Source of the DNA: an uncultured Planctomycetota bacterium
Lineage (GTDB): Bacteria > Planctomycetota > Planctomycetia > Isosphaerales > Isosphaeraceae
Assembly (NCBI GenBank): GCA_963823665.1
Contig: CAWGMQ010000005.1
Location: 736,001-800,000, forward strand
Direction of reading: 5' to 3'
Length of the DNA: 64,000 bases
Shown: positions 10,802 to 21,211 of the stretch, one piece after another
Layout: each line of letters begins with the position of its first letter
How positions within the stretch are numbered: the first letter of the stretch is position 1
The notes under the pieces: model-generated
Database searches by the model: none
Seen by the model: the letters and a program-made list of their open reading frames with translations, nothing else
What the model was told of the DNA's origin: nothing
Translations under genes and position numbers: made by a program

Positions 10802-11744
10802 CCTCTTGTATGTGGCTTCCGGCGACGACGAGGTTGTCGAACATGCGGATTGGGTCGAGGCCAGTTCACTCTTCAAGGCCGATGGCAACATCTCCCGGGA
10901 GGACCTCGCGCGAGCGATCACCGTCGATGGATCTCTATCACAGCAAAAGGCCAGGGAGCGTGCCGAGGAGGCTTTCGACGAGATTGCCGACCGCATCCGA
11001 GCGTGCGCCGCCAATGCCCATCCCAGAATTAGTTGCTATCCGTTCGAGCTCATCGAACATGGTGAGGTCTTACAGAAGATGAGTGTCGATTCGGCCGAGC
11101 CGGATGCAGGACTACTCTATCTGTTCCTCCTCGTACTTGCGCGGTCCGACATGAGTTCGCCTGCTCGCGCGAAACATCCGATGGACCCGACAAAGATCTT
11201 TGAACGGCTTTGCGCCGATGTGCTTCTGGAATTTTGGGGCGGGGGGTCCGATCATTCGAACGCCATCGTGTTCGGCACAGCGAGGACAGGATCGCAGCGC
11301 ACGTTCCAAGCCAAGATCGACGGGCTGTGCGACCACCTACAGGAAGGGATGGGTTGGAAACCTGACGCGTGGTCGCCTGGCGCAGGAGACGGCAAACTGG
11401 ATGTGGTCGTCTTCCGACGCTTCCAGGATGAGCGGCAGGGAAACCTCGTCGGCTTTGCGCAATGCAAAACTGGGATCCACTGGAGGGAGCACCTGACAAA
11501 ACTCCAACCGGCTGCGTTTTGTCATAATTATATGCGCAAGCCACTCGTCGTTGAGCCCATTCGACTTTACATGGTACCGCACCGGATCAATGCCGAACGG
11601 TGGGACGAAGACAGTCGAGCTGGAGGCCTTCTCTTCGACCGCTGCCGGATTTTGCACTACGGGAACTTGATCAAGCGAGAAACGCTGGATCATTGCCGGA
11701 CTTGGCTCCGATCCGCGCTCGCCAAGGTCTCAAAGAAACGGTGA
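10794..11744 (+). CDS. Putative PD-(D/E)xK restriction-endonuclease-fold protein
   Basis: FERLC...GDGKLDVVVFRRF...FAQCKTG, the E...D...QxK arrangement of Mrr-like nucleases; translationally coupled to the ParB-like gene. Confidence 0.65.
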   Translation: MSSLLYVASGDDEVVEHADWVEASSLFKADGNISREDLARAITVDGSLSQQKARERAEEAFDEIADRIRACAANAHPRISCYPFELIEHGEVLQKMSVDSAEPDAGLLYLFLLVLARSDMSSPARAKHPMDPTKIFERLCADVLLEFWGGGSDHSNAIVFGTARTGSQRTFQAKIDGLCDHLQEGMGWKPDAWSPGAGDGKLDVVVFRRFQDERQGNLVGFAQCKTGIHWREHLTKLQPAAFCHNYMRKPLVVEPIRLYMVPHRINAERWDEDSRAGGLLFDRCRILHYGNLIKRETLDHCRTWLRSALAKVSKKR

Positions 11745-11865
11745 GTCGTCGCTTCTGTTCGATCGATCCGTCTTGTGCGGTGTTTTCCGACTTCTTCGCG
11801 GAGCGTTGGATTCAACGCCTACGCAACTGGCCGGACGGCAAAGCTTCCCGGCCGTGCACGCCAGC

Positions 11866-12573
11866 TCAGTTCAACAGCACGTGCAGGTCGTCGAAGATTT
11901 CATCGATGCACTTTCTGGATACACCCCAATCGTATTTCTGGCCGGGGATCTGGGCTTTGGCGTCGACCAGGGTGCCGTGCGGGTGGCGCTCGATGCTCAG
12001 GGTGATCTGGCCCTCAAGGGCACGCAGGCCTTGCGGGAGGGTTGCCTCGATCACGCAGCCGTTTTCGCCTTGATGCACCTCTTTGAGGGGACGGCCGCGG
12101 CGCGAGAGGGAGCAGACTGCCGCTACCAGCATCTTGCCGACTGGGGATGGCAGGAACTCCTTTCGCGACATGCCGGTTTGAATGCCCAGGCGCGCGGAGA
12201 TCGGCGCGATCACGCTCGTCAACTTGCTCATGGGGATCGGCAGGCCGGTCAGCGGTTTTGTGAATACGTCACAGATTTTCAGGATGTCTTCACTGGTTAA
12301 TCCCTTGTGGATCGGAGGGCCGTGCTTGGCGATCAGGTCGCGGACCTCGGGGAAATGGATCAACACCTGGTAGCGACATTCGTCGTGCCAGTCGGCGACG
12401 GTGGTTGAGGTTGAGGCTGAATTTGAGTTTGAGTCTGTGCCATCGTCCGGCAACCAGGTTGAAACGATGGACGTGCCGCAGTAAGCACAGAAACGGCCGG
12501 TGGCTTTTTCACCGCAGTTTGTACAGAACATCGCACATACGTCCTGTGTGTGATGAACCGAGTCCTCGCTCAC
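11866..12573 (-). CDS. Zinc-ribbon domain hypothetical protein
   Basis: MFCTNCGEKATGRFCAYCG (two CxxC pairs) near the N-terminus. Confidence 0.65.
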   Translation of the reverse strand: MSEDSVHHTQDVCAMFCTNCGEKATGRFCAYCGTSIVSTWLPDDGTDSNSNSASTSTTVADWHDECRYQVLIHFPEVRDLIAKHGPPIHKGLTSEDILKICDVFTKPLTGLPIPMSKLTSVIAPISARLGIQTGMSRKEFLPSPVGKMLVAAVCSLSRRGRPLKEVHQGENGCVIEATLPQGLRALEGQITLSIERHPHGTLVDAKAQIPGQKYDWGVSRKCIDEIFDDLHVLLN

Positions 12574-12764
12574 TTGTCATTTGCCAGGCGGGGGCTCGAA
12601 TGGGATTCCTTGTTCCGGCAACTTCATGCATCGATCGGGGATGCATTCATTCATGCGGGACTTGGTGGGGGGCCACAGATTACCAGTGAGGGGCGAAACA
12701 CGCCAGGCGAGGTGGGGAGGAATTTTTGGGGGGGCGGCGGTGGGTTTTGAGCTCATACGCGATT

Positions 12765-12872
12765 TCAGGTCCGCAGATGGCGAACCCTACATGTATGTCG
12801 CTGATGGAGCAGGCAATACTCGCATCGATTGCCGGCTCGCGAGCGAACGAGTTCGCGGGTGCCCGAATCCAT
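12765..12872 (-). pseudogene. Truncated HNH endonuclease (N-terminal fragment only)
   Basis: MDSGTRELVRSRAGNRCEYCLLHQRH is a typical HNH zinc-knuckle start; homology ends at a REP element and the HNH core is absent. Confidence 0.65.
12768..12790 (-). repeat. GTAG-type REP element, copy 3 (one stem mismatch)
   Basis: Minus strand reads GTAG-GGTTCGC-CATCT-GCGGACC. Confidence 0.6.
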
Positions 12873-12975
12873 CAGGAACTGCCGTTCGGATGCAGATGCC
12901 GACGGGCTTTCAACTGAAGGATCGAAAGAAAGTCATCGAGGTTCACGAAAGCCTCATATTCCGCCCGCTCCTCTG
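12872..12975 (-). pseudogene. C-terminal remnant of a small helical protein coupled to the HNH gene (antitoxin-like partner)
   Basis: EERAEYEAFVNLDDFLSILQLKARRHL*; its TGA overlaps the HNH ATG (TGATG). Confidence 0.5.
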
Positions 12976-13027
12976 CGGCGCCTCTCTCTCTGCTTGGCCT
13001 CATGGCGCGGCGGCGGGGCAGACTATG

Positions 13028-13058
13028 AGGTCCCTTCGCGGAGCGAAGGGCGACAATG
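13028..13058. repeat. Palindromic REP-like element
   Basis: Hairpin GTCCCTTCGC-GGA-GCGAAGGGCGAC, sitting between two copies of a ~39-bp direct repeat. Confidence 0.55.
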
Positions 13059-13097
13059 GGTCGGGGGCGGCGGCGCGATCGCGGCGGCGCGTTTCTC

Positions 13098-16000
13098 TCA
13101 GCTTGGCCTCGTGGCGCGGCGGGTGATCCAGCGGCTTGTTTGGCGGGTTAGCCAAATGATCAACATGAGAACACTTGCAGCGCACGCACCTGGCACGAGG
13201 GCCAGCTCGCTGCCGGAGCGGCTGTAGTGCTCGATCGGGGGCATGGTTCGCATGTCGAACCAGAGCCAGATGGCCGCGATCGTGAAGGAGGACAGGAGCG
13301 TGAAGCCGGTCAGGAAGATCAGAGTGCGCCAGCGCTTGCGGAACAGGGTCAGTCCAACGACGAGGACGAACGCTACGAGTGGAACGCCTGCGGCCGAGCC
13401 GAGTGCGAAGAGGGCCAGGGGGCTCGATGGCAACGGGGTTGATGCTGAGGGGACCGGGAGTAGCGGCTCCACGGCTTGAAAGGCTGTCAGGGGGACTGCG
13501 GCTGCTACCGGTAGGGCCATCAAGACGCGCAGGCTCCAGGGGCGCCGGCGCGCGGCCAGCCAGAGGAGGGACAAAGGCACGAAGACGTTGAGGAGAGCCA
13601 GGCCGAGCACGGCGAGCAGGCCGGTGCGGGCTGTCTGGGGGGTCATGAGATTGGTCCAGGGAAGGCCGCGCGTCCAGCGTGGGTCGTCGCGGGCGAGGCC
13701 GGGCGGCGGGGTGGCGCCGGAGGGGGGAAGGTAGTCGCCTTTTGGCGTCGCCGGCAGGGCGTTCCGGCAGATTGTTCCCGACAGATTGTTTCTCGTGAAG
13801 ATCAGCCGGGGTAGGCGTGTCGAGTTGCCGGGGTCGAGCAGCTCGCCGCTCTGGCGGCTTGCGAGCGGGAACGGTTTGTGGATCCAGCGCAGCTCGCCGG
13901 TCATGCCGTCGATGGCTCGCGAGGGAGGGAGGATCAAGGTGCTCGGCCGGCCGGCGTACGGCCGAGAAACGCGCAGGATCGACATGTCGTCGGTCGGGAA
14001 GGACCAGCGGTCTTTCAGGTCGCTGCCCCAGGCGTAGAGCTTGTTGTCGTTCCACACGATCAACTCGTCGCGGCCGTCGCCGTCGAGATCGATCATGTAG
14101 TCGCCGACGGGCGGGAAATAGTTGGTGGGTTTGGGCTCGGGCGGCAAGGCACGGCTGGCGCGTTCCTTGCCGTCGAGGTCGAGGATCACGATGCGGCCCT
14201 CGCGGCGGTGGTTGCTGTAGGTCACGCATACGGCGTCTGTTCTCGTATGGTCGAGCGCGATTCCGTCGATGCCCCCGAATACCTTGCGATCGCCCTCACC
14301 GAGGCCGCTGCGCCAGGTCCAGCGCTCGGCTCCATCGCGGCCGTTCAAGGCGTGCACGAGCAGCTCGTTGCTCGTGCTTGTCGCAGGCGATTCCTCGACG
14401 AAAAGCGTCGCTGGCTCATTAGGCGCTCCCGTGGCAATTACGACCGCAGGGTACCCGGAATAAGATCCATCGTAGTGAATCAGCCGCGACCAGCGGTTCA
14501 CGGCATCATGGAGCGAGATGACCTTGAGCTCGAAGTCTGCTTGTCCAGGCTGGACGGAACGGCGGATGACGACGGCAGCGTCGAGCGTGCCGTCGCCATC
14601 AAGATCGTCGAGCCTGGGCGGTCCGGGCGACGGTTCGCCGGGCGACGGTGTCGATGGCTGCTCTTCCAAGGGGATGTCCCAGACGATGCGGCCCGTGCGC
14701 CCGGAGACCCGGGCCAATCGCTGGAAGGTCGGCCCCCAGGGCGAAATCGGTGCGGGCTTCGCAGTTGCCGTTGGCTTCACGAACGGGCTACGGTGAAGCA
14801 CGAGCAGGTCGGGCGAGACATTGGCGTCGACCACGCAGGGCCCAAACCAGGAGACGTTTGAAAAACCGTGCGCCTCGAAACCGAGCGGCAGCGGCCCGGC
14901 GGTCCAGAGATGGCGGCCGTCGCGGCCGGAGAGGAGCTGGAGCGGCAAGCAGGCCGGCTGCCGGCCGATTGCGTCCTGGTCATTGGTAGATTTCTGGACG
15001 ACGACGTCGGGGGTGCCGTCGCCGTCGAAGTCGCCCAAGGGAAGCGGAGACGCGGCGAGTCTGTAGGACCGGCCGGGCTCGGGCAAGAACCAGAGCCAGG
15101 GCGGGTCGAGCACGGTCTTCCAGAGCACGTGGCCGTCAAGTCCCGAGCGGGCGATGGCGGTGCGGCTGCCGGTGGGGCCGCTCAACGAGGGTCCCGTGAT
15201 GTTCAGCCCATTGCTCAAGGTATCGGCGATCCCATCGCCGTCGAGATCCGCGGGCTCGCTCCCGGAGTTCGGGCCCAGGGTGAAGTTGGCCGTTGACACC
15301 GGACGAAACCAGCCGAAGGCCCGCCACGCCTCGGGCGGATTGCCGCGGACGGAGCGGAGCTCGCCGGCGGCGGAGCCCCAGAGGTCGAGGAGGCCGTCGC
15401 CGTCGAGGTCGGCGGTGCCGATCCGGGTCAGGCCCATCGCCTGGTGCAGCTCTCGGCCCGTCGACGCTTCCAGGGTGTATACGATTGGGGAATTGAAATA
15501 GGAATTGTAGGGCGCGAATTCGCGTCCGGGCTCGGGACCGCCAAGCGGAACCGCCAGGAGCGGCCAACCGTCGGGACCGCGGCCCCACCACTGGGGCGGC
15601 CTGATCGCGGTGAACTTGTCTTCCGGGAGGTCTACATGCCAGTGCCAGAGCGGATGGCCATCGCGGCCCGAGAGGGCATCGAGGTAGATTTGCTGGGGCT
15701 CGGTTCGGGGATCGGATCGGGATGCGGGCGGGAATCGGCCGTCGAATCGCGAGACGGTGATCAGCTCACGAAAGCCGTCGCCGTCGAGGTCGGGCGCGAC
15801 GACGAGGTTATCCAGGCGATCGTCGGCTTTTGTCTCGGGCTGCATCGGACGGAACCAGCGACTACGGCCAGAGTTGCCGGAGAGAACACGGAGGCCGCGG
15901 TAGGCGGCCTTCTGGGGCAAGGGGCCGGAGTCAGGGACGATCACCTCGCTCTGGCCGTCGCGATCGAGATCGATGAGCCATGGCCATTCTGGACGAAGGA

Positions 16001-17433
16001 ACATCTCATGCGACAGCGGGTATCGCGCTGCGATCGGAACGGTCCATAGCGTTTTTCCGGTGTCGAGTGAACAGGCCGTCAGCGATTGCTGTTGGGGCGA
16101 CGCCCCTTGCCCGAGCGCGATGACCTCCGGCTCGCCGTCACCGGTCAGATCGGCGTACTGGAGCGGGCGCACGGGCCCGAAGCCCAGGTCGAACGGCGCG
16201 GATCGCGGCTGACCGGTGGCGGGGTCGAGAAGGGTCAGCGTGGGGCCATCCAGGATCGCGACCTGGGCGGAGCGCTTCCCGCGCACGAACGCGGCTGGCT
16301 TGTCCCAGTACTGCACGATGATATGCGCGAACGTGGGGTCGAGCGCGAATGTCCACAACGAGCGGCCGGACCGGCCTGAGATCGCCACGATGATTCGGCG
16401 AGAGAAGGCGGGGGTCGTGGGTAAAGGCGGTTTCTTGGTGCGCTGTTGGACCTCTGACGGGGTCTCATGGAAGGCCAGTGTGGCGATCAGGTCGGGGGTG
16501 CCGTCGCCGTTCAAGTCGCCGACTGAGGGCAAACCGATGAGACCGCCTGGTCGATCCGCGGGCTTCATCCGACGGGCTGAGCCTGGGCTTTCCGCGAGCG
16601 GACGGCCGGAGCCGTCGACCTCGGCGGTAAAGTTCCAGAGCATTGATCCATCCTGGCCCGAGAGGGCGATGAACGATCCGCCGCCCGCGACGCTCGCCAC
16701 GAGCACATCGGGAGTGCCGTCACCATTGCAGTCGATCGCGGACTCGATCACGTGGATGCGCCCAGCCGTTTTGGCCGAATGTGTTGAACCAGGGGCCGGG
16801 ATCGTGGCCGGGGCCAAACGGCGTTTTCGGCTTGGCCGTGTTCCAGACGAGCTCGCCCGTTCGGGCGTCGCGGCGGAGGACGGCTGGGCCGGTGAACTCG
16901 AGGATGTCGAATCGGCCGGGCGTCAGCTCCAGCGCTGTGGTGACCGGTGCAAAGGGCATCGGCTCGTCGCGAGGCCGCTGGCCTGGGCCCCAGTTCGGTG
17001 GGTCTCCAGCCGCCTTGAGCAGGCGGCCCTCGTCGAGGGAGAGCTCATAGGTGATGGTCTCGCCTTGATTGACGGCGAGCCGGTAGGTTTGACCGAGACG
17101 GCCGATTCCGTTCACGCGGAGCCGGTAGTCGCCCGCCGGCAAGGACAGGGTCGAGCGTGCGACGACGTCGAACGGTTCGGCCAACGGCTCGTCGCCGGAT
17201 TCGGGCAGGAGCTGGGCGAGTAGTGGTATGCCATCGTTGGTCAGGATGATCCGGCCGAGGCGCCAGTGGGAGTAATAGCGCCAGGCGGCGAGGCTGAGGA
17301 GCAGGACGAGGAGTGTGGCGAGGACGGTCAGGGCGCGGTCGCGGAGGATTGGCTTGCGGTCCTGGAGGTAGCGTACGAGGGCGTGGGGGGAGGGAGGGGC
17401 TTCCGGGGCGGGCGTGGCGCTGGGTTCGATCAT
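13098..17433 (-). CDS. Membrane-anchored FG-GAP/VCBS (PQQ-like beta-propeller) repeat protein, split by an indel ~16765
   Basis: Ten DxxGDG-type Ca-binding motifs, repeated SGRDG..LW units, one N-terminal TM helix and several C-terminal TM helices; ORFs 16720-17433 and 13098-16817 join. Confidence 0.85.
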
Positions 17434-17602
17434 GCTCGTTTGTCCGAATACTGCGATCGCGCTGGCACTCGCTGTCTAGCGTGCCACGTTTTCACCTGGG
17501 GCCCGGTTGCAACACGTTCGGGTGTTCGGAGTCGGGTGGGCCGTCCCGAAGCGTCCGCGCCGTCGATTATTCCATTGCCGCGGGTGGAACGAACAGTGGG
17601 GA

Positions 17603-18494
17603 TCACACCGCCGCACGCGGCGCCGGCAATCCTGCCACCTCGCCCATCTGCCCGCGCAGCCGATCAACCGCAATTTCGGCGTCGCGCGCCCCGTCCGTCG
17701 CACCGCGAATGACGGGTTCGGGCAGCGATCGTTTTAGCATCGCTCCGGCCGCCGCCACCGGTAACGTCGCCAGGTAGCCCAGCCCAAAGCTTCCCAGGTA
17801 AAGCACCTCACGCGTTGCCTCGAAGACGACGGGAAAACTTCGCGACGGCGGTACGTCCTGGGCCGGAGGAATCACCAGCACCTTGCCGCGCCGCCTCAGC
17901 CACCGCTCTTGAAACACCCGCCGCGCCGCGGTGTCCACGCGGCGCATGAACGCGTAGTCCAGAACCACCGTCGCGATTTCCCCCAGAAACGGGACGGCCT
18001 CGAGCACAAGGTCTTCGGCCAGTTCGCACCGCAATCCTTGAAGCTCCAGCGGCGCCGTCTTGGGATCATGCATCAAGAAATAGAGCCGGGCACGAATGTT
18101 TTGCCGCGTTTCCGCGTCGTCTGCCGTCGCCAGTTCCAATACGCCCAGTACGTAGTATCGTTCGCGCTCCGTGGCAAGCGGGTAGCCGTAGCAGTTACCA
18201 ATGCGCCGGATCGCGCGGATCGCAGCGGCCAGCAGAATGGGCCCGCTTACCGCTGCGCCGAGCATCCCCGCGGCACCAGCCGCGGCCGATTCCAGGATCG
18301 CACCCCGCTGCGCGTGCACGCTCACGTCCTCGGCCAACCGATCGCACTCCTCGAGTGAGTGATGCGCGAGCTCTTCCACCGTGCGCACACCGGCAGCGCG
18401 CGATTTCATCACGCCCTGCTTGGGGATCGACAACCGATTCGATCCGCGAGCACAGTGTTCCCATCACCGACCCGGGCATCACCCTGCCGATCAC
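17603..18494 (-). CDS. EcsC-family protein (indel ~18400)
   Basis: ESAAAGAAGMLG...IRAIRRIGNCYGY and AVPFLG motifs; the N-terminus continues in the frame of ORF 18195-18494. Confidence 0.7.
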
Positions 18495-18498
18495 CGCT

Positions 18499-20376
18499 TC
18501 AGTAGCTCATCGCTTCTTCGGTAGCGGGTGGGAAGGCAGTTCGTGTCTCCTGGAGGTGAAGCCGTAGAATGCGGCGGAGCTCGTCGGTCACGCCTGGCTT
18601 GCTGAGCTGGACGTGGAAGCCCGGGACGAGCACTTCCGAGGAGGCTGACACCAGGTGTGCACTCTCGTAGGGAACCACGCCGTCGCCACGCCCGTGGAGC
18701 GTGGGATGGCGGAGCTGGAGCACGATTGAATGGTGGGGCACGCTCGCGGCTACAGGGATCTGGCGCAAGGCCTGGATGACCCGGCTCGATGGACGCAAGT
18801 TACGCAGGCTGAATGTCTCGCCGCGCAGTCCTCCGTTGTAGCTATTTGGTCCGTAGGCAGCCTCGAGCTCATCGCCGATTCGTGCGGTGGTGCCCTGCGG
18901 TCGCGAGAGTGCCAGACCGAGCCGACCGAGGGGACCGTCGGCCATGGGGCTGCCGCCATGTGGTGTCGCGATGAAGACAAGGCGGCGCACATAAGGCTCG
19001 GGCCGGAAGATCAGGGCGCGTTCCAGGAGTGCGTGGGCTTCGGGGGAAATCCGCGAGGCCGGGTACGGAACATTGACGATCGCGTCCCAGACAGCCAGCC
19101 CCGAATCCTGTGCGAGGGTCTTGGTGAGCAGCCCACCCTGGCTGTGCCCCACGACCACCATCTGCTGGAGGGCGGAATCCGAGCCTGATGGATCAAAGAT
19201 GGCCATTGCCTCGCGCAAGCTCGCTCGCAGGTGGGAAGCAGCCACCGGGATCGGCTCACCCGAGGCATAGAGGAACATCCAGAACTGATAGTGGTCGGCC
19301 AGGTCGGGATCGTTGCACAACTCATTGTACGTTTCGGCCCATGGCAACGGGCTCGACAAGAGCCCGTGAACGAGCACCACCGGGATCTTACCGCGGCTGT
19401 AGGGACGGAGCAGGTAGAGGCCCTCCTCGAACCGCCCGAGGTCCGAGGACAGGACCCCGGTCAGAGCCGCAAGGTGTAATGCACGGTCGCGATCGACCTG
19501 GACGGCGAGCGCGACAGTGCGGTCTGCCGCGAGCGGCCACATCTTGCCGCCTGACTCGACGGCCTGGAAGTCGAACGGGTCGAGAAGGTTGAGCGTCAAG
19601 GAACGATCGTGCCACGGCCCGCCTGTCCCCAGGGCGCCGACACTCAGCACGGCGGTGGCCGGCGTCGCCACGTCGCCAGGGAAGAATCGGTCCTCCGGCA
19701 CACGGGCTTGGCGATCGCGGTCCGGAGGCCACAGGGCGACGCAGGGCACACCGAGGCCGTCGGAACCGTAGTGGTGGGAAAGCCCGGAGACGTGGTACTC
19801 ACAGGCGCTGACGATAGAACAGATCCGCTCCGGAGCAAGCAGGCGGGTCGTCCCCACCGTTGCGATGCCGAGCTCAGACAGGGTCGCGCGCCAGTCGGTT
19901 CGAGCGGACGATTTGCCGACGATCGGCCCTTTCTGGGCGAGAGCGAGCAGGCGCGCCACGGCGGCGTTGTGGATATCTCTGGCTTTGGGACCGATTGGTT
20001 GGGGTCCCTCGAGCGCGAGCAAGGCGTAGGCGGCCGCGTCGCGATGGAGTGCGATGGCTCGCGCCCACGATTGACATTCGAGGGCACGGGCGCGGCGGCA
20101 TGATTGGGCCGCCAGGATGAAGGCGAGCTCGGGGCCGGGATGCGAGTCGAAATGGTCGCCGAGCGCGCCGGCGGCTCCGTCGAAACCGACGGGAGGCTCG
20201 CGACTCAGAATCGAGCGCTCCAGATTCTGGTCATTGTGCCCGTGGATTTCGCCTGGCCGGCGCATGAGGTCGATGAACGCGCGTGTTGCCGGCATCCTCG
20301 TGGCTCGAGCGCCGTCGCAACCCAAGGGGAGTGCGACGACGATCGCGACGAGGAGGGCCAGCGCGGTTCTTCGCAT
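18499..20376 (-). CDS. Lipoprotein alpha/beta hydrolase (lipase/esterase-like)
   Basis: Lipobox LPLGC; VVLVHGLLSS, GHSQGG nucleophile elbow, FIATPHGGS, GDGVVPYESAH. Confidence 0.85.
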   Translation of the reverse strand: MRRTALALLVAIVVALPLGCDGARATRMPATRAFIDLMRRPGEIHGHNDQNLERSILSREPPVGFDGAAGALGDHFDSHPGPELAFILAAQSCRRARALECQSWARAIALHRDAAAYALLALEGPQPIGPKARDIHNAAVARLLALAQKGPIVGKSSARTDWRATLSELGIATVGTTRLLAPERICSIVSACEYHVSGLSHHYGSDGLGVPCVALWPPDRDRQARVPEDRFFPGDVATPATAVLSVGALGTGGPWHDRSLTLNLLDPFDFQAVESGGKMWPLAADRTVALAVQVDRDRALHLAALTGVLSSDLGRFEEGLYLLRPYSRGKIPVVLVHGLLSSPLPWAETYNELCNDPDLADHYQFWMFLYASGEPIPVAASHLRASLREAMAIFDPSGSDSALQQMVVVGHSQGGLLTKTLAQDSGLAVWDAIVNVPYPASRISPEAHALLERALIFRPEPYVRRLVFIATPHGGSPMADGPLGRLGLALSRPQGTTARIGDELEAAYGPNSYNGGLRGETFSLRNLRPSSRVIQALRQIPVAASVPHHSIVLQLRHPTLHGRGDGVVPYESAHLVSASSEVLVPGFHVQLSKPGVTDELRRILRLHLQETRTAFPPATEEAMSY

Positions 20377-20662
20377 GGATCGGGCCCATCCTGAGCCGTG
20401 GACACGCCGAGGCGCGGTTGAAAAAGACGACGCCGGACATCGTGATTATCGGCCGATATTGCCGAGAGCGACATTTTTTTGGTTGGCGCCCGTCGCGACG
20501 AAGGAAGCGGTTGAGCTGGTTGGGGTCAGATTGGGCTGATGAAATCGGGGGCTCTGCCTTCCGCGGGTGCCTGGCGTATTCGTGGCCTTACACCTTCGGC
20601 GGATTGACCGCAACACGGTGCCCAGTTCATTATTGATCAGTAGAGGAAGGAGGGAGGGCTCA

Positions 20663-21211
20663 ATGCAGTTTCGGTTCAACTTTGATCGCGCACTACAGGC
20701 GAGCGCGTATCTGCTCAGGCTCGACTGCAAGAAAATGAGTTATCTTCGTCTGCTCAAGCTACTTTACATTGGCGACCGCGAGTGGCTTGCGGAGACCGGC
20801 GAGTCAATCACTGGGGACCGGGCTTGTGCGATGAAAAACGGGCCGGTCCTTTCCACGGTTTACGACTTGATCAAGGGTAACGGGTCCAAGGCGGGCGAAT
20901 GGGATGACTTCATCCATACCGAGGGCTACGCGGTCCAGCTCTTGCGCGATCCAGGCCGTGGCGAACTCTCCAAGGGTATCGTCGAGAAGCTCGACGCCAT
21001 CACCAACAGGTACCGCGAAATCGACGACTGGGAACTTTCTGAGCTGACCCATGCGTACAAAGAGTGGGCCGACAATTTCAAGGGCGGAGCCAGTCCAATC
21101 CCTTGGCAGGAAATACTGAAGGCCCAGAACAGACCGGAGATGGTCGAAGCGGTGGAGCGTGATGAGACCGCGCGGCAGATTTTTGACGACGTATTCGGTC
21201 CGGAGCCATGA
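20663..21211 (+). CDS. Panacea-domain (DUF4065, SocA/GepA-like) antitoxin
   Basis: YLRLLKLLYIGDRE...ITGD...AMKNGPV and LSELTH...W motifs; strong RBS (aggagggagg) before ATG 20663. Confidence 0.85.
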   Translation: MQFRFNFDRALQASAYLLRLDCKKMSYLRLLKLLYIGDREWLAETGESITGDRACAMKNGPVLSTVYDLIKGNGSKAGEWDDFIHTEGYAVQLLRDPGRGELSKGIVEKLDAITNRYREIDDWELSELTHAYKEWADNFKGGASPIPWQEILKAQNRPEMVEAVERDETARQIFDDVFGPEP

